A stretch of 64,000 nucleotides of DNA from a virus. The position numbers and the translations under genes were made by a program. Of this stretch, positions 20,347-29,747 are shown in pieces. The notes below the pieces were generated by a model that saw only the letters and a list, made by a program, of their open reading frames with translations, searched no databases and was not told the DNA's origin. How positions within the stretch are numbered: the first letter of the stretch is position 1; every line of letters starts with the position of its first letter. The stretch is taken from positions 107,837 to 171,836 of IMG/VR virus record IMGVR_UViG_3300033233_000004. One strand, given 5' to 3'.

Positions 20347-20901
20347 TTATACGCCATGCGTTGCGGCAACTTCCAGCTGCACATCGCTGGCAATCTCGTT
20401 TCCCCATGTATCCCACCCGTCAACTCTTCGACGGGCGAACAATTCAACGCGAGGATTCAATCCTTTCGTCGCTCGTTCAATTAACTGGCGAAATTCTTCT
20501 GGCTTCTCACTGTGTCGCAATGCTTTCAACTGGAGAAAATTCGGTTCTTGACATCTAAAAGCCTTCACACGCCCACGTACACCAACAAGGATATGCTCTG
20601 TTTGTCCTCTGAACCAATAGCCCATTCCGAGACTCATTATCTTGCGCCACGTCAGCATTGTCTTGAAGGAATATCCCCACGCCCTGAGAACTTGAAACCC
20701 TTCTTCCATCATCGGAACGGTTACCCAAAGAAAAAGCACACTGTTGTTATCAGCAATTTCGCGCACGTTCAATCGACAAATTTCATCAACAGTCATTGTC
20801 TTGTATTGGTATTCTGCCCCGCTTTGCATAGACTCACCCGTTTTCTTGTTTCGATATGTCCACGGGGGGTCTGCATATATTATCTGATATCGTTTTTCCA
20901 T
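20347..20901 (-). CDS. MT-A70 family N6-adenine methyltransferase
   Basis: IIYADPPW, GMGYWFRGQTEH, HSEKP, ELFAR, WGNE. Confidence 0.92.
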   Translation of the reverse strand: MEKRYQIIYADPPWTYRNKKTGESMQSGAEYQYKTMTVDEICRLNVREIADNNSVLFLWVTVPMMEEGFQVLRAWGYSFKTMLTWRKIMSLGMGYWFRGQTEHILVGVRGRVKAFRCQEPNFLQLKALRHSEKPEEFRQLIERATKGLNPRVELFARRRVDGWDTWGNEIASDVQLEVAATHGV

Positions 20902-21025
20902 TGCTCAAATCGTTGCCGCAAAACACGCACGGCGTATAACAAGCGGGTTAACGCAAGCCCTACCCAAATTGGTTTTGAAAAGCATCGTCTGGCAAGCCCT
21001 TCGCCTGCTCCAACCCGACTGGACG

Positions 21026-21289
21026 TTAGCCGCCATTTCGCTTACGCACATTTTCTTTACGCCAAAGTGCAAGCCCTGATCGTCCAGCAAGTTTGTCAAC
21101 AACCGTAAATGCACCACGTATAAATTGACGACGTTCTTCTTCTGTTGCAAACCCGTGATGTTTTGGGAAATCGGCTGGTATAGCCCAGCAGTTAAGTTTA
21201 GTCCACCACCGTGCCAACCGAGCGCGCAAACGGCGGCTCACAATCGTGCTTACGTCGCTCACTCTTTTAGATTTCTTCATAGAATTCAC
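21026..21289 (-). CDS. Hypothetical cassette-borne protein
   Basis: Stop codon coincides with inverted-repeat end. Confidence 0.45.
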   Translation of the reverse strand: MNSMKKSKRVSDVSTIVSRRLRARLARWWTKLNCWAIPADFPKHHGFATEEERRQFIRGAFTVVDKLAGRSGLALWRKENVRKRNGG

Positions 21290-21350
21290 TCAACACCTTT
21301 CTCATTCATAAAAAGCGTGGAGTTCGGTGTGTGCATTGTTGGCGCACACG

Positions 21351-21641
21351 TTAACTGCAAGGTGGCGGTGGAAGTGGCATCCAATGCGTTATATTGAACG
21401 CAAACTCCGTTCCTTCCCATTCGCAATTATGGCTTATTCCTTCTCTTGTTTTCATTGTCATAAATGATGATAAGTAACCAACCCTAATATCTTTCCTTTC
21501 CTCTCCCGTATGCGTTTTCCAATCATCAAACAATAGAACTTCTTTTCCTAATTCAGGTAGTTTGTCAACCACCGCTACCCAGTTAACACCACCTTGCTGC
21601 AATGCGGGTTTCTTCTTACTTTTTGAGTTTGTAGTTTTCAT
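21351..21641 (-). CDS. DUF551-like phage protein
   Basis: WVAVVDKLP...ITHWMPLPPPP. Confidence 0.8.
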   Translation of the reverse strand: MKTTNSKSKKKPALQQGGVNWVAVVDKLPELGKEVLLFDDWKTHTGEERKDIRVGYLSSFMTMKTREGISHNCEWEGTEFAFNITHWMPLPPPPCS

Positions 21642-21855
21642 ATTATTTTGTTTTTATAGTTAAGTTTTCCACTTCACAGTCAATCCTGCCAAGTTGTATC
21701 ATCAGGCCGTCTGTCTTTGATTTCGTGCCAAGCAATTAGTCGAATGAAATCAATCTGTGTAAAAGCGTCCATTGCTCACTCCTTTGATGTTTGAATTGTG
21801 TTCGCAACGTCGGACTTACGCCGTCACGCTGGTTGCCATGCGGTGCATTTTATAG

Positions 21856-22089
21856 TCACCGCTCGACAAGCGTATCGTGCAAATCTCGGTCTGGTTTCGG
21901 TACAACCTTTGCATTGCCGGGGACATATCCCCACCGAGTCCCACAGCAAAGGCATTCGTACTGTATTACACCGATCAGTGGCGTTCCCGGAGGATCACCA
22001 GTTCCAGCTATTCTTGAATAATCTGGAATGTATGAATCATCAACTCTCATCACGTATTTACAAACACATTCTCTATGGCTCATTTTCAT
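21856..22089 (-). CDS. Small Cys-containing hypothetical protein
   Basis: CVC...YECLCCG. Confidence 0.4.
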   Translation of the reverse strand: MKMSHRECVCKYVMRVDDSYIPDYSRIAGTGDPPGTPLIGVIQYECLCCGTRWGYVPGNAKVVPKPDRDLHDTLVER

Positions 22090-22254
22090 TTTACCCCGCT
22101 CAAATTATTGTACGCACCGACAACTAACAATGCAAAAGTACGGCACTGGCCGAAAGGAACTTATCTCCTCGATTTACCACGCCCCGATAAGTGGATGACG
22201 TAGACAAGCATAAGGCACAATCTGCTTTAGCGTCTATCTTCCGCCACAGCACCT

Positions 22255-22330
22255 TGGTGCTCCCACTACGAATCGAACGCAGGTCTCTTGAGTGTAGGTC
22301 AAGCGTGATACACCACTCTACTATAGGAGC
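22255..22330 (-). tRNA. tRNA-Val(UAC), CCA encoded, C33
   Basis: Loop CC-TAC-AC. Confidence 0.82.
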
Positions 22331-22339
22331 AAAATTATG

Positions 22340-22411
22340 TACTCTCAAAAGGAATTGAACCTTCATCTTAGATTTAGGAAATCCATATCCTATCCATTGG
22401 ACGATGAGAGC
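22340..22411 (-). tRNA. tRNA-Arg(CCU)
   Basis: Loop TT-CCT-AA. Confidence 0.82.
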
Positions 22412-22499
22412 AAATGCAATGGTCAGACGACTCCCGATAGCCTTATACAGATTCATCTTGCGACTGGTAGAAGCTACCCTTTAACGTTCGTATTAATAG

Positions 22500-22573
22500 T
22501 ACCCACGGTCAGACTCGAACTGACACTGTACGGCTTCTCGAACCGTTCCCTCTACCAATTGGGCTACGAAGGC
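22500..22573 (-). tRNA. tRNA-Leu(GAG), short variable arm, C33
   Basis: Loop TC-GAG-AA; weak acceptor stem. Confidence 0.65.
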
Positions 22574-22628
22574 GGTACGAGTGATTTTAACGAAGATGAG
22601 TAAAATCAAATCCGCCAAACGGTCTTAG

Positions 22629-22702
22629 TACTACGTAGGAGCCTCGAACTCCTAATCTCCTGATTGAAAGTCAGGTGAGTTATCCATTTCCTCTAACGTA
22701 GC
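22629..22702 (-). tRNA. tRNA-Glu(UUC)
   Basis: Loop CT-TTC-AA. Confidence 0.85.
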
Positions 22703-23055
22703 ATTTAGTCGAATCTGAAAGTTCAACTCTATTCGTCGCCCTTTTTCGTACAAGTGCAGGGTGAATATCTTTTGCACTTGCAATTATTACATTGATGCTC
22801 TGGCTGTTTATTTGTTGAAGCCCGAAGTTGTCGAAGACCTTTATACTTAGTTGGGTCAAATGCTGTAACTACACCGCGCATATCTACTGTTGTTCCATTA
22901 TTCATCGAGTTCTTTCCGTTTCATGTAACCGCATAATTCTCAGACTCTCGGATCGCCAATTGTCCCTCTGCTATCCGTCTGCTAATACTATTCCGTCCCT
23001 TGCCATCAAACGAAGTACTTCTTGCTGCCGAGCAGTGAGTATCACATAAGGATGG

Positions 23056-23308
23056 TTAATAGTCTTCACAGTCATAACATCTGCACTCTGCACAATGCTT
23101 AACACCATGGTTGTGTTCGTCTGCCAGTTCAGCATCGTTACACCACGTACCACATTTCTCACATTCTACGACACTGTTCTCCGAAAGATAGTGCTCCAAC
23201 TCTTCGAGGTCAGAAAACGCCAATCCATACTTTTGGAGTATGTCAGCTATGCTTTGAGCAGTTCCTAACAAGTCGTCAGCAATCTTCGCTTTGAGTTCGA
23301 GTTCCATC
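23056..23308 (-). CDS. Small zinc-finger protein
   Basis: CEKCG...CAECRCYDC; probable start MELELK. Confidence 0.5.
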
Positions 23309-23311
23309 AAC

Positions 23312-23821
23312 TTAGACCTTGATACATAGATAACTGAACCCGCTACCTTTTCTGTACATCTTGGTGATTTGACAACCACCAAAGACTCCATGCACCCATT
23401 TCATATATACATGTAAACGTTTGTTTGCTTGCCATGTGCCTGTTTTCCCGATACAAGGTCTTCCACTACGATTTCCTTCATATACAGAAATGTAGATGCA
23501 ACCACCAACCTTCACATGTCGTCTTGCCAACCAAAGCACTTCTGTAATACCAGTAGATGTCTCGATGACATTTAGAACATTACACAAAGTAACAGTGTCA
23601 TAGTCATATCGTTCGAGCATTCTGGCATTGTGGTCGGATGTTCTATTGTAGGGGTCATAGATGAAGTTCCCTACACTTCGTTCCGCCAAATATTTAGTTG
23701 CTTCCTCGAACTTTCCACCACCAATATCCAGATTGCTGGTATGTGGATACCAGTTTACTAACTTAAACACTGCTGGTATCTGCTTGATACAGGTTCGTGC
23801 TGAACGATGTATTGTATCCAT
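23312..23821 (-). CDS. SAM-dependent methyltransferase-like protein
   Basis: NLDIGGG, YDPYNR, CNVLNVI. Confidence 0.75.
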   Translation of the reverse strand: MDTIHRSARTCIKQIPAVFKLVNWYPHTSNLDIGGGKFEEATKYLAERSVGNFIYDPYNRTSDHNARMLERYDYDTVTLCNVLNVIETSTGITEVLWLARRHVKVGGCIYISVYEGNRSGRPCIGKTGTWQANKRLHVYMKWVHGVFGGCQITKMYRKGSGFSYLCIKV

Positions 23822-23835
23822 GGTATCTCCCTTTG

Positions 23836-23924
23836 TGCCCTAAGTGGGACTCGAACCCACAATCGTTTCTAATGTTTGCCGTAGGGTTTGAGCCTACCGA
23901 CTTTGCCAGTTTGTCTACAAGGGC
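23836..23924 (-). tRNA. tRNA-Leu(CAA)
   Basis: Loop CT-CAA-AC, long variable region. Confidence 0.82.
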
Positions 23925-24100
23925 GTTACTGTATGCATCCGATACTTGTATGTCTCTTCGTGTTATCGCATATCGCATATTGCGATATGCAAATGCTCGT
24001 TTGGACGGTTTCTTTGTCTTGTGGCTTCACAAGCTCTTTGCGATGCTTAAGAGCCAGATGAACCAATTGTCGTATCAAACTTCTGCTTGGCTTTTCCATG

Positions 24101-24174
24101 TACCACATAAGGGCCTCGAACCCTTAATCTTCTGCTTGAGAGGCAGATGTGTTAGCCTATTCCACTAATGTGGC
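24101..24174 (-). tRNA. tRNA-Glu(CUC)
   Basis: Loop CT-CTC-AA. Confidence 0.85.
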
Positions 24175-24408
24175 ATTTCCGCTCTTTGCTCCCCACTTCA
24201 TCATCTTCCAGACTCTGTGGTAGATGAAGTACAGCATAATGCGTATACCGATATATGTGAGACTTGTTTGAATAGAGTGTATTAAGATGTAAATAAGAAT
24301 CAATCCGAATAATTCCCACACAACGCCTTTTACAAACGTCCGAATATAGCTACGCTTCTTATCTGTCATCTTATAGTATCCACTTTTCTCCACATTCTTG
24401 ACATTCAT
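24157..24408 (-). CDS. Small membrane protein (DUF2061-like)
   Basis: RTFVKGVVWE...LYFIYHRVW. Confidence 0.6.
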   Translation of the reverse strand: MNVKNVEKSGYYKMTDKKRSYIRTFVKGVVWELFGLILIYILIHSIQTSLTYIGIRIMLYFIYHRVWKMMKWGAKSGNATLVE

Positions 24409-24555
24409 ATAATGACGACTTTGGACGAATGGGTTTGAACTTGACTTCTGGTAAACCTATCAGCATTCTTCCATTACTTAGATGAAAGAATCTGCACCAC
24501 ATTCGTCGCCAGAAACTTGGGTCTCTTTTTTCCATATGGCCTTTCTACTTGTTTG

Positions 24556-24630
24556 TACTCGGTGTAGGATTCGAACCCACGTTGACGCAGAATATAAGTC
24601 TGCCGCCTTAACCTGTCGTGCCAACCGAGC
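24556..24630 (-). tRNA. tRNA-Ile(UAU)
   Basis: Loop CT-TAT-AT. Confidence 0.8.
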
Positions 24631-24741
24631 ATAAAAACCGACAAATAGAATCGAAAACCAAACTCGTTTAATATACAGTTCGACTATAAATATTGGTCAT
24701 ATCCCTCTATATATATACTATATAGAAAGGATAACTACATC

Positions 24742-25353
24742 ATGACAAATTCCAAACAACGACAAGTCGAAGGACAACACATTACTGCGGCAATGTCTCA
24801 TCAACGTTATCTAATACGAATAGAAACATACAAGCAAACTCCAAACTTATGTGCACAGTGTTATGCACCGCTTGCTTATAGCCACCGAAAAAACAAATTC
24901 TGTTCTCATTCTTGTGCAGCTATTGTTACTAACAGGCTTTTTCCAAAAAGACAACAAACAAATGGAACAAGAGAATATCGAAGACAAGGAAAATGGCGTA
25001 AACAATTTAGAAAAAAAAGGCTCCGTGACCTGACATTACTGGAATATTTAGAACGAACACACGTTAAACCTCTTCCAGCGATGATAAAGAAATCTGCTCT
25101 TCGTTCTTTTGCTCGACATTGGAATCAAGACATTCTCAAAAAACCGTGTGCAAATTGTGGATATGATAAACACGTTCAATTAGCACATATAAAAGCAATT
25201 CGAGATTTTCCATTAACAGCAACTTTGGGAGAAATTAACTCTCGAACAAACGTCATACAACTTTGCCCAAACTGTCATTGGGAATTCGATAATACCTTCC
25301 TTAAAATCTCTGTAGGGACAGAAGGATTTGAACCTTCAATTTCTCGATTATGA
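24742..25353 (+). CDS. Free-standing HNH endonuclease (opposite strand)
   Basis: CAQC...FCSHSC; CANCG...AHIK...NVIQLCPNCH; AAAGGA RBS. Confidence 0.85.
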   Translation: MTNSKQRQVEGQHITAAMSHQRYLIRIETYKQTPNLCAQCYAPLAYSHRKNKFCSHSCAAIVTNRLFPKRQQTNGTREYRRQGKWRKQFRKKRLRDLTLLEYLERTHVKPLPAMIKKSALRSFARHWNQDILKKPCANCGYDKHVQLAHIKAIRDFPLTATLGEINSRTNVIQLCPNCHWEFDNTFLKISVGTEGFEPSISRL

Positions 25354-25385
25354 GCCGAGCGGATTAGCCATTCTCCTATATCCCT
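25313..25385 (-). tRNA. tRNA with CAU anticodon (Met or Ile2)
   Basis: Loop CT-CAT-AA. Confidence 0.78.
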
Positions 25386-25462
25386 AAAAAGTACGTACCC
25401 CCAAAGAGGACTCGAACTTGGATGTTACTCGCTACTGCCGACCTCAACCCCACTATAATTTT

Positions 25463-25927
25463 TTACGGAACAGGTCGTAATGATGTTATATTTCTATTAC
25501 CATCTACTCCAATTCTGAATGTTGCACCAACTTCGACAAACTGAGCAAGCAACTCACTGTATGGACTAATTACAGTAATGCCAAATTCTTTATTACCTTG
25601 CTCGTTACCAATCTGGTCATTCCATTGATTAACTAATGAAAGTACTGGCTCCTGAAATTGATTTACCGGAACTCCTCGTAAAACATTGGTGTTGGATTGA
25701 ACCACGCCAACAAAACCTTCAGTACTATACAAAAATGCTTGTCCATTATCCCAAGCAGAAAGTGTTACAACACCTACTTTCTCCAAAGACTGTACAGTAG
25801 TGGAGATTGGATTAATGTTTGAATCTGATGCTTGTGTACAGCCAGAACAATACAAACAAACTGCTGTAAACAAAAGCAACAAACTGGCTGAAAATATCTT
25901 AACTGCTTTAGCCGTTTGACTCTTCAT
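25463..25927 (-). CDS. Secreted protein or lipoprotein
   Basis: Signal peptide with CSGC; AGGAG RBS. Confidence 0.65.
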   Translation of the reverse strand: MKSQTAKAVKIFSASLLLLFTAVCLYCSGCTQASDSNINPISTTVQSLEKVGVVTLSAWDNGQAFLYSTEGFVGVVQSNTNVLRGVPVNQFQEPVLSLVNQWNDQIGNEQGNKEFGITVISPYSELLAQFVEVGATFRIGVDGNRNITSLRPVP

Positions 25928-25985
25928 ATAAGTATCTCCTTAAATTATGTGATTTGTTATTTTAGTGAATTAGTGTTGTGAATTG

Positions 25986-26062
25986 TACCCTTGATGGGAA
26001 TTGAACCCACATTTTCATCCGTTATGCACGTTCTGCTTAGAAGGCAGAGCCATTACAAGGGC
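25986..26062 (-). tRNA. Atypical tRNA-Arg(UCU) lacking a D arm
   Basis: Acceptor, anticodon (CT-TCT-AA) and T arms intact; only TAATGGC between acceptor and anticodon stems. Confidence 0.65.
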
Positions 26063-26150
26063 AAATCTAATTGTGACTGGCTTACAGCATATCATAAGTT
26101 CACTTACAAACGAAGCTACTATCATGCAAGGGTTTGTCTGTAAGCCATCG

Positions 26151-26221
26151 TCCGCCCAAGAGGAATCGAACCTCTATTACCAGTATATCGGACTGGCTTC
26201 CTACCGTTGAAAGACAGGCGG
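26151..26221 (-). tRNA. tRNA-Ile(GAU), C33
   Basis: Loop CC-GAT-AT. Confidence 0.8.
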
Positions 26222-26297
26222 AAAAGTATATCTTATTTACTTGGTTCATCAAGGTTAATACGAGTAAACTCATCAATGTCGATGTTGTGCGCCATGC

Positions 26298-26507
26298 TTA
26301 GTTTATCCCCTGCCGACATCCACAATTCTGACAGTAATCGGTATATTCGGGCCGATCAATGTGTACCACCATTTCAGCGTGGGGATCGCCGCACAGAATC
26401 ACTTTTCGATGAACTCGATCATACACAATCGAATCTGCGGGTCGATCACAGTCATCGTCGGGATATTCGCACTTGTCTTTTCCAGTCAAATGTCGTACTT
26501 CGCTCAT
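26298..26507 (-). CDS. Small zinc-binding hypothetical protein
   Basis: AGGAG RBS; several Cys/His. Confidence 0.55.
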   Translation of the reverse strand: MSEVRHLTGKDKCEYPDDDCDRPADSIVYDRVHRKVILCGDPHAEMVVHIDRPEYTDYCQNCGCRQGIN

Positions 26508-26659
26508 AAAGTTCTCCTTTCATTTAATCGGCATCGCACTACCCACTAAAAATACAAAGAATAAAGGGACAATGTGGAACCCAAAGTCAACTTAGCCGCC
26601 TTACCATGCTGTGTACGGGAGACAGGAGTAAACCGTACATGAGAACATTGTCCATTGAG

Positions 26660-26733
26660 TGGACACAGGTGAGATTCGAACTCACAACCTCCGCATTGCA
26701 GGTGCGGCGCATTCCCATTAATGCTACTGGCCC
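26660..26733 (-). tRNA. tRNA-Ala(UGC), C33
   Basis: Loop CC-TGC-AA; bulged acceptor. Confidence 0.78.
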
Positions 26734-26852
26734 CAAAAAGTCATTACACTGGTCAACCACTGCGCTACCCATCTGGATTGCTCTATGCGGTTATGGATTG
26801 TCTCCGCCGAATAGTCCAGCATAAGCCTTGTCCGTTGTATGCAATGACTTTG

Positions 26853-26925
26853 TACCATCATACAGATTCGAACTGTATCTTTGAAGTCCACAACTTCACG
26901 TGCTATCCATTAACACTATGATGGC
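26853..26925 (-). tRNA. tRNA-His(GUG)
   Basis: Loop TT-GTG-GA. Confidence 0.8.
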
Positions 26926-27222
26926 ATAATACTTCCAGACCCAACGTTTGAGGGTTATAAAGACCCAAGTCTGGAAGTTATTTTTATACTATGTTCCCAT
27001 CCACCGCTTATGCAGCAGATACACTGTCCATTCAGCCTCACAATTATGACGACCGTTAAAGTGGGAACTTCTTTTTTTAACCTCTGGCGAAGTTGTCTCC
27101 GCTTTCCACTCGACTGGCGAACGATTTGAGAAGTAGGTTTCGAGCCTTGTTTCATTTGTCGTTCCTAAATCAGAGGGTGTTACCTGAATCATTCTCTTAA
27201 ATTGTCGTCCAATGATTCATTG

Positions 27223-27299
27223 CAGGACGTAGAGGAATCGAACCTCTTCGCTATTTGCACAGGTTTTGGAGACCTGCCGGAGACCATCTCCCACGTCCC
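27223..27299 (-). tRNA. tRNA-Trp(CCA) with enlarged variable region
   Basis: Loop CT-CCA-AA. Confidence 0.75.
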
Positions 27300-27520
27300 A
27301 TTTGTGGTACCTTCCATAGAACCTCTTAAGATGCTGAGAAAGATACCATAATTTTATTAAGTCCCTTATCTGCGGTTTTTGCACAGTGAACTGTGCAAAA
27401 ATACTCACAAAGGGACTATAAATACGGGATAACCTACAGGTGCGACCTGCTTCTGTATCGTCGGATTATCAGCGACTATCCAATATCAAGATTCCCTTGA
27501 ATCCTGTTCTTGGAGTGGTG

Positions 27521-27596
27521 TAGCAAGAGCAGGATTCAAACCTGCGATTTCTTGATTATGAGTCAAGCGAGGACGGTCAGACTCCTCTATCTTGCA
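27521..27596 (-). tRNA. tRNA-Met(CAU), initiator-like
   Basis: Loop CT-CAT-AA; unpaired U1:U72. Confidence 0.78.
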
Positions 27597-27597
27597 G

Positions 27598-27671
27598 TCA
27601 AGGTGACAGGATTCGAACCTGCGACTTTCTGGCCCCAAACCAGACGCTCTACCAGACTGAGCCACACCCTG
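27598..27671 (-). tRNA. tRNA-Pro(UGG)
   Basis: Loop TT-TGG-GG. Confidence 0.92.
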
Positions 27672-27761
27672 AAGTTATCTAAAAAACAAACCATTTTGAC
27701 TACGCTCTGAATCTCGTTTACAACCATTGCAGAATTTGACCATAAAAATCAACTACCTTAG

Positions 27762-28174
27762 TGGACGTGTCGGCAATCGAAGCCGAGTCCAAAGTACTAC
27801 TAATAAAAAATCATTCACAGGTTTAGTCAGGCTTAGAACTCTTTGGTGCCACTACAAACCCGACGAACTCAGGCAACCGCAACAAAGCATTTGTTCAGTC
27901 CACGGTGCTTTGTACCTTCCGTGTTTCGCCATCTCCACCATCTGGTTTTTTGTCGTTGTGAGGTGTGTCAAACAGACCATATACCAGAACCTCACGAACT
28001 TATACCATTACTGGCACAAGTTCACTCTCGTCTGCAAAGACCAAAATACCAGCCTCGTCAACGAAAGCCGTAGAAGATTTAGCTTCTGCGTTTGTGTTTT
28101 TTAGTTACATTACGGTGTAACAACCCCGACCTGCATTCTTTACTAATTTTACCCTGTCGAATCCTTTCACGCCC
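27762..28174 (-). ncRNA. ssrA: tmRNA
   Basis: 5' GGGCGTGAAAGGATTCGAC; 3' T arm and CACGTCCA with G3.U70; tag ORF 28089-28000. Confidence 0.92.
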
Positions 28175-28210
28175 ATTGTATTACAACTATCTCTTTTTTC
28201 TCTGCTCTTT

Positions 28211-28483
28211 TTACAAGTGTCGATGACCAGTGTATACAAAATGCTTTCTGTAAATTTCTCGTGTTGGTTTCCTATTACTACCATTTGTTAAGAACAACTC
28301 AGGATGCTCATCTCCTTGTTTGGTAACAAATACCGAAAAGGTATTACAAGCTAAGAATTCGTCAGCACATCTTTTCTGGAATACACATGTATCACAAGGC
28401 GACGGAACCAGAAGTTCACCCATGGATGCTTCAATTATGGATGCTTCTTCCTGCGTAAGATATTTTTGAATAAGATTACTCAT
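28211..28483 (-). CDS. Hypothetical protein with Cys cluster
   Basis: Promoter and AAGGAG RBS; PCDTC...C...C. Confidence 0.6.
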   Translation of the reverse strand: MSNLIQKYLTQEEASIIEASMGELLVPSPCDTCVFQKRCADEFLACNTFSVFVTKQGDEHPELFLTNGSNRKPTREIYRKHFVYTGHRHL

Positions 28484-28550
28484 GTATCTCCTTGTTTGAG
28501 TAATATACTCATATCATCTGTAAAAGTCAAGTGAAGTCTAAACTTTTTTG

Positions 28551-28623
28551 TGGGGCAAGTAGGAGTCGAACCTGCTTATCTGGATTTTCAGTCCAGCACA
28601 CTGACCACCAGTGTTATCACCCC
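28551..28623 (-). tRNA. tRNA-Phe(GAA)
   Basis: Loop CT-GAA-AA. Confidence 0.85.
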
Positions 28624-28812
28624 AATAAGAGGCTGTCTCTAATGTATGTCTCCTACAGTGCAACAGCCTCTTGGCTCTCGAAGGAGTCCTTTATTTGCTT
28701 TGTAGGCTAACAGCTTGTTTTTACCACAACGTCTTGTAGTATGGGTCAAGCATTATTCCCATGTCCTGTATCTCAACATCCCATAGAACGTTGAGGTTCA
28801 GTTTTTTGAAAA

Positions 28813-28885
28813 TCGTCCCTGTCGGAATCCGACCGACATCTCTCCTTGAAAATAAGGAGTGTTCTAAGCAGTTAAACTAAGGGCA
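28813..28885 (-). pseudogene. Degenerate tRNA-like element
   Basis: Cloverleaf-like with 8-nt anticodon loop and non-consensus T loop. Confidence 0.45.
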
Positions 28886-28888
28886 TTT

Positions 28889-29747
28889 CTATGATTTCGA
28901 TATTTCATTTACACCATGTTTTTCTAAGCAGTCTGGCGTAATACAATTTCCTTCTGAATCAACTTGTATTGGGCCACAACCTTCACAGAGAACTACAGCA
29001 TATAATCCTTGTGCTTCTTCTTCTATTGTTGTTATTCCAACAAAATCACCTTTATGAATGTCACCACCATTATGTGGATATAAATTCTCTGCACATTGTC
29101 TACAGAATTCTGCCATATTATCTCCTCTTTGGTAATCTTATTTCACTACGTCCATCATTAGGGTCGAAAGACTCGTATCCACGATACCTAAAGAATTGTT
29201 GTGACTTTTTATTCTTATCTAACACAACGTTATTCTTGACTATTCTAAAACCAGTTGGATATTGGTCAATAAGTTTTCGCTGTTGTTTATTATGCTTTTC
29301 ATTGCTTAAAAATGTCATCTGAGGCTCCAACTAAAATCTCTCCATGGGCACCTTTTAAAAGAATAACATTTACACCCTTTTCAAATAGGTTTCGTGCCAC
29401 TTTATACTCATCGACATTAGTCAGAACCTGATTGTGTTTGTAACCAGAGTCTTTGATAGCTTTAATTTCTCGATGAGAGGTATGCCATGCAAACACTGTT
29501 ACTTTTTCAGCCATATTTACCCTTTGTCAAAATGTTTGTATTTTTCGGTAAAGGATACAAATCTGACTTCTATATCTTGCAATGCATCTGAAACACAAGC
29601 GTAAGGGCCATACGTAGTAATCATATTACCATGAATCACCATAGTAGCATACCAACAACCATTTCCCTTGTCCCAATAGATACCACAACCATCTTGTTCA
29701 GTACCACAGGTAAAATGTCTTGTTCTTTTATCATATGTCCATACCAT
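28889..29747 (-). CDS. Run of four small hypothetical ORFs (28889-29116, 29118-29330, 29299-29514, 29517-29747)
   Basis: Tightly packed co-oriented ORFs with RBS-like sites. Confidence 0.55.

Larger units (their letters stand above)
20346..22130 (-). mobile_element. Integron-cassette-like array (ORFs bracketed by GTT...AAC inverted repeats)
   Basis: Inverted-repeat pairs 20346-20370/20912-20940, 21025-21038/21228-21241, 21350-21371/21569-21587; attC-like hairpin 20934-21031. Confidence 0.55.

Noticed and set aside
22971-23045. LuxR-like HTH start (ILTARQQEVLRLMARDG)
   Set aside because: Stops after ~24 codons; too short to call.
26930-27190. Possible structured ncRNA between tRNA-Trp and tRNA-His
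   Set aside because: One hairpin (ACTTCCAGAC...GTCTGGAAGT) but no recognisable family; insufficient evidence.
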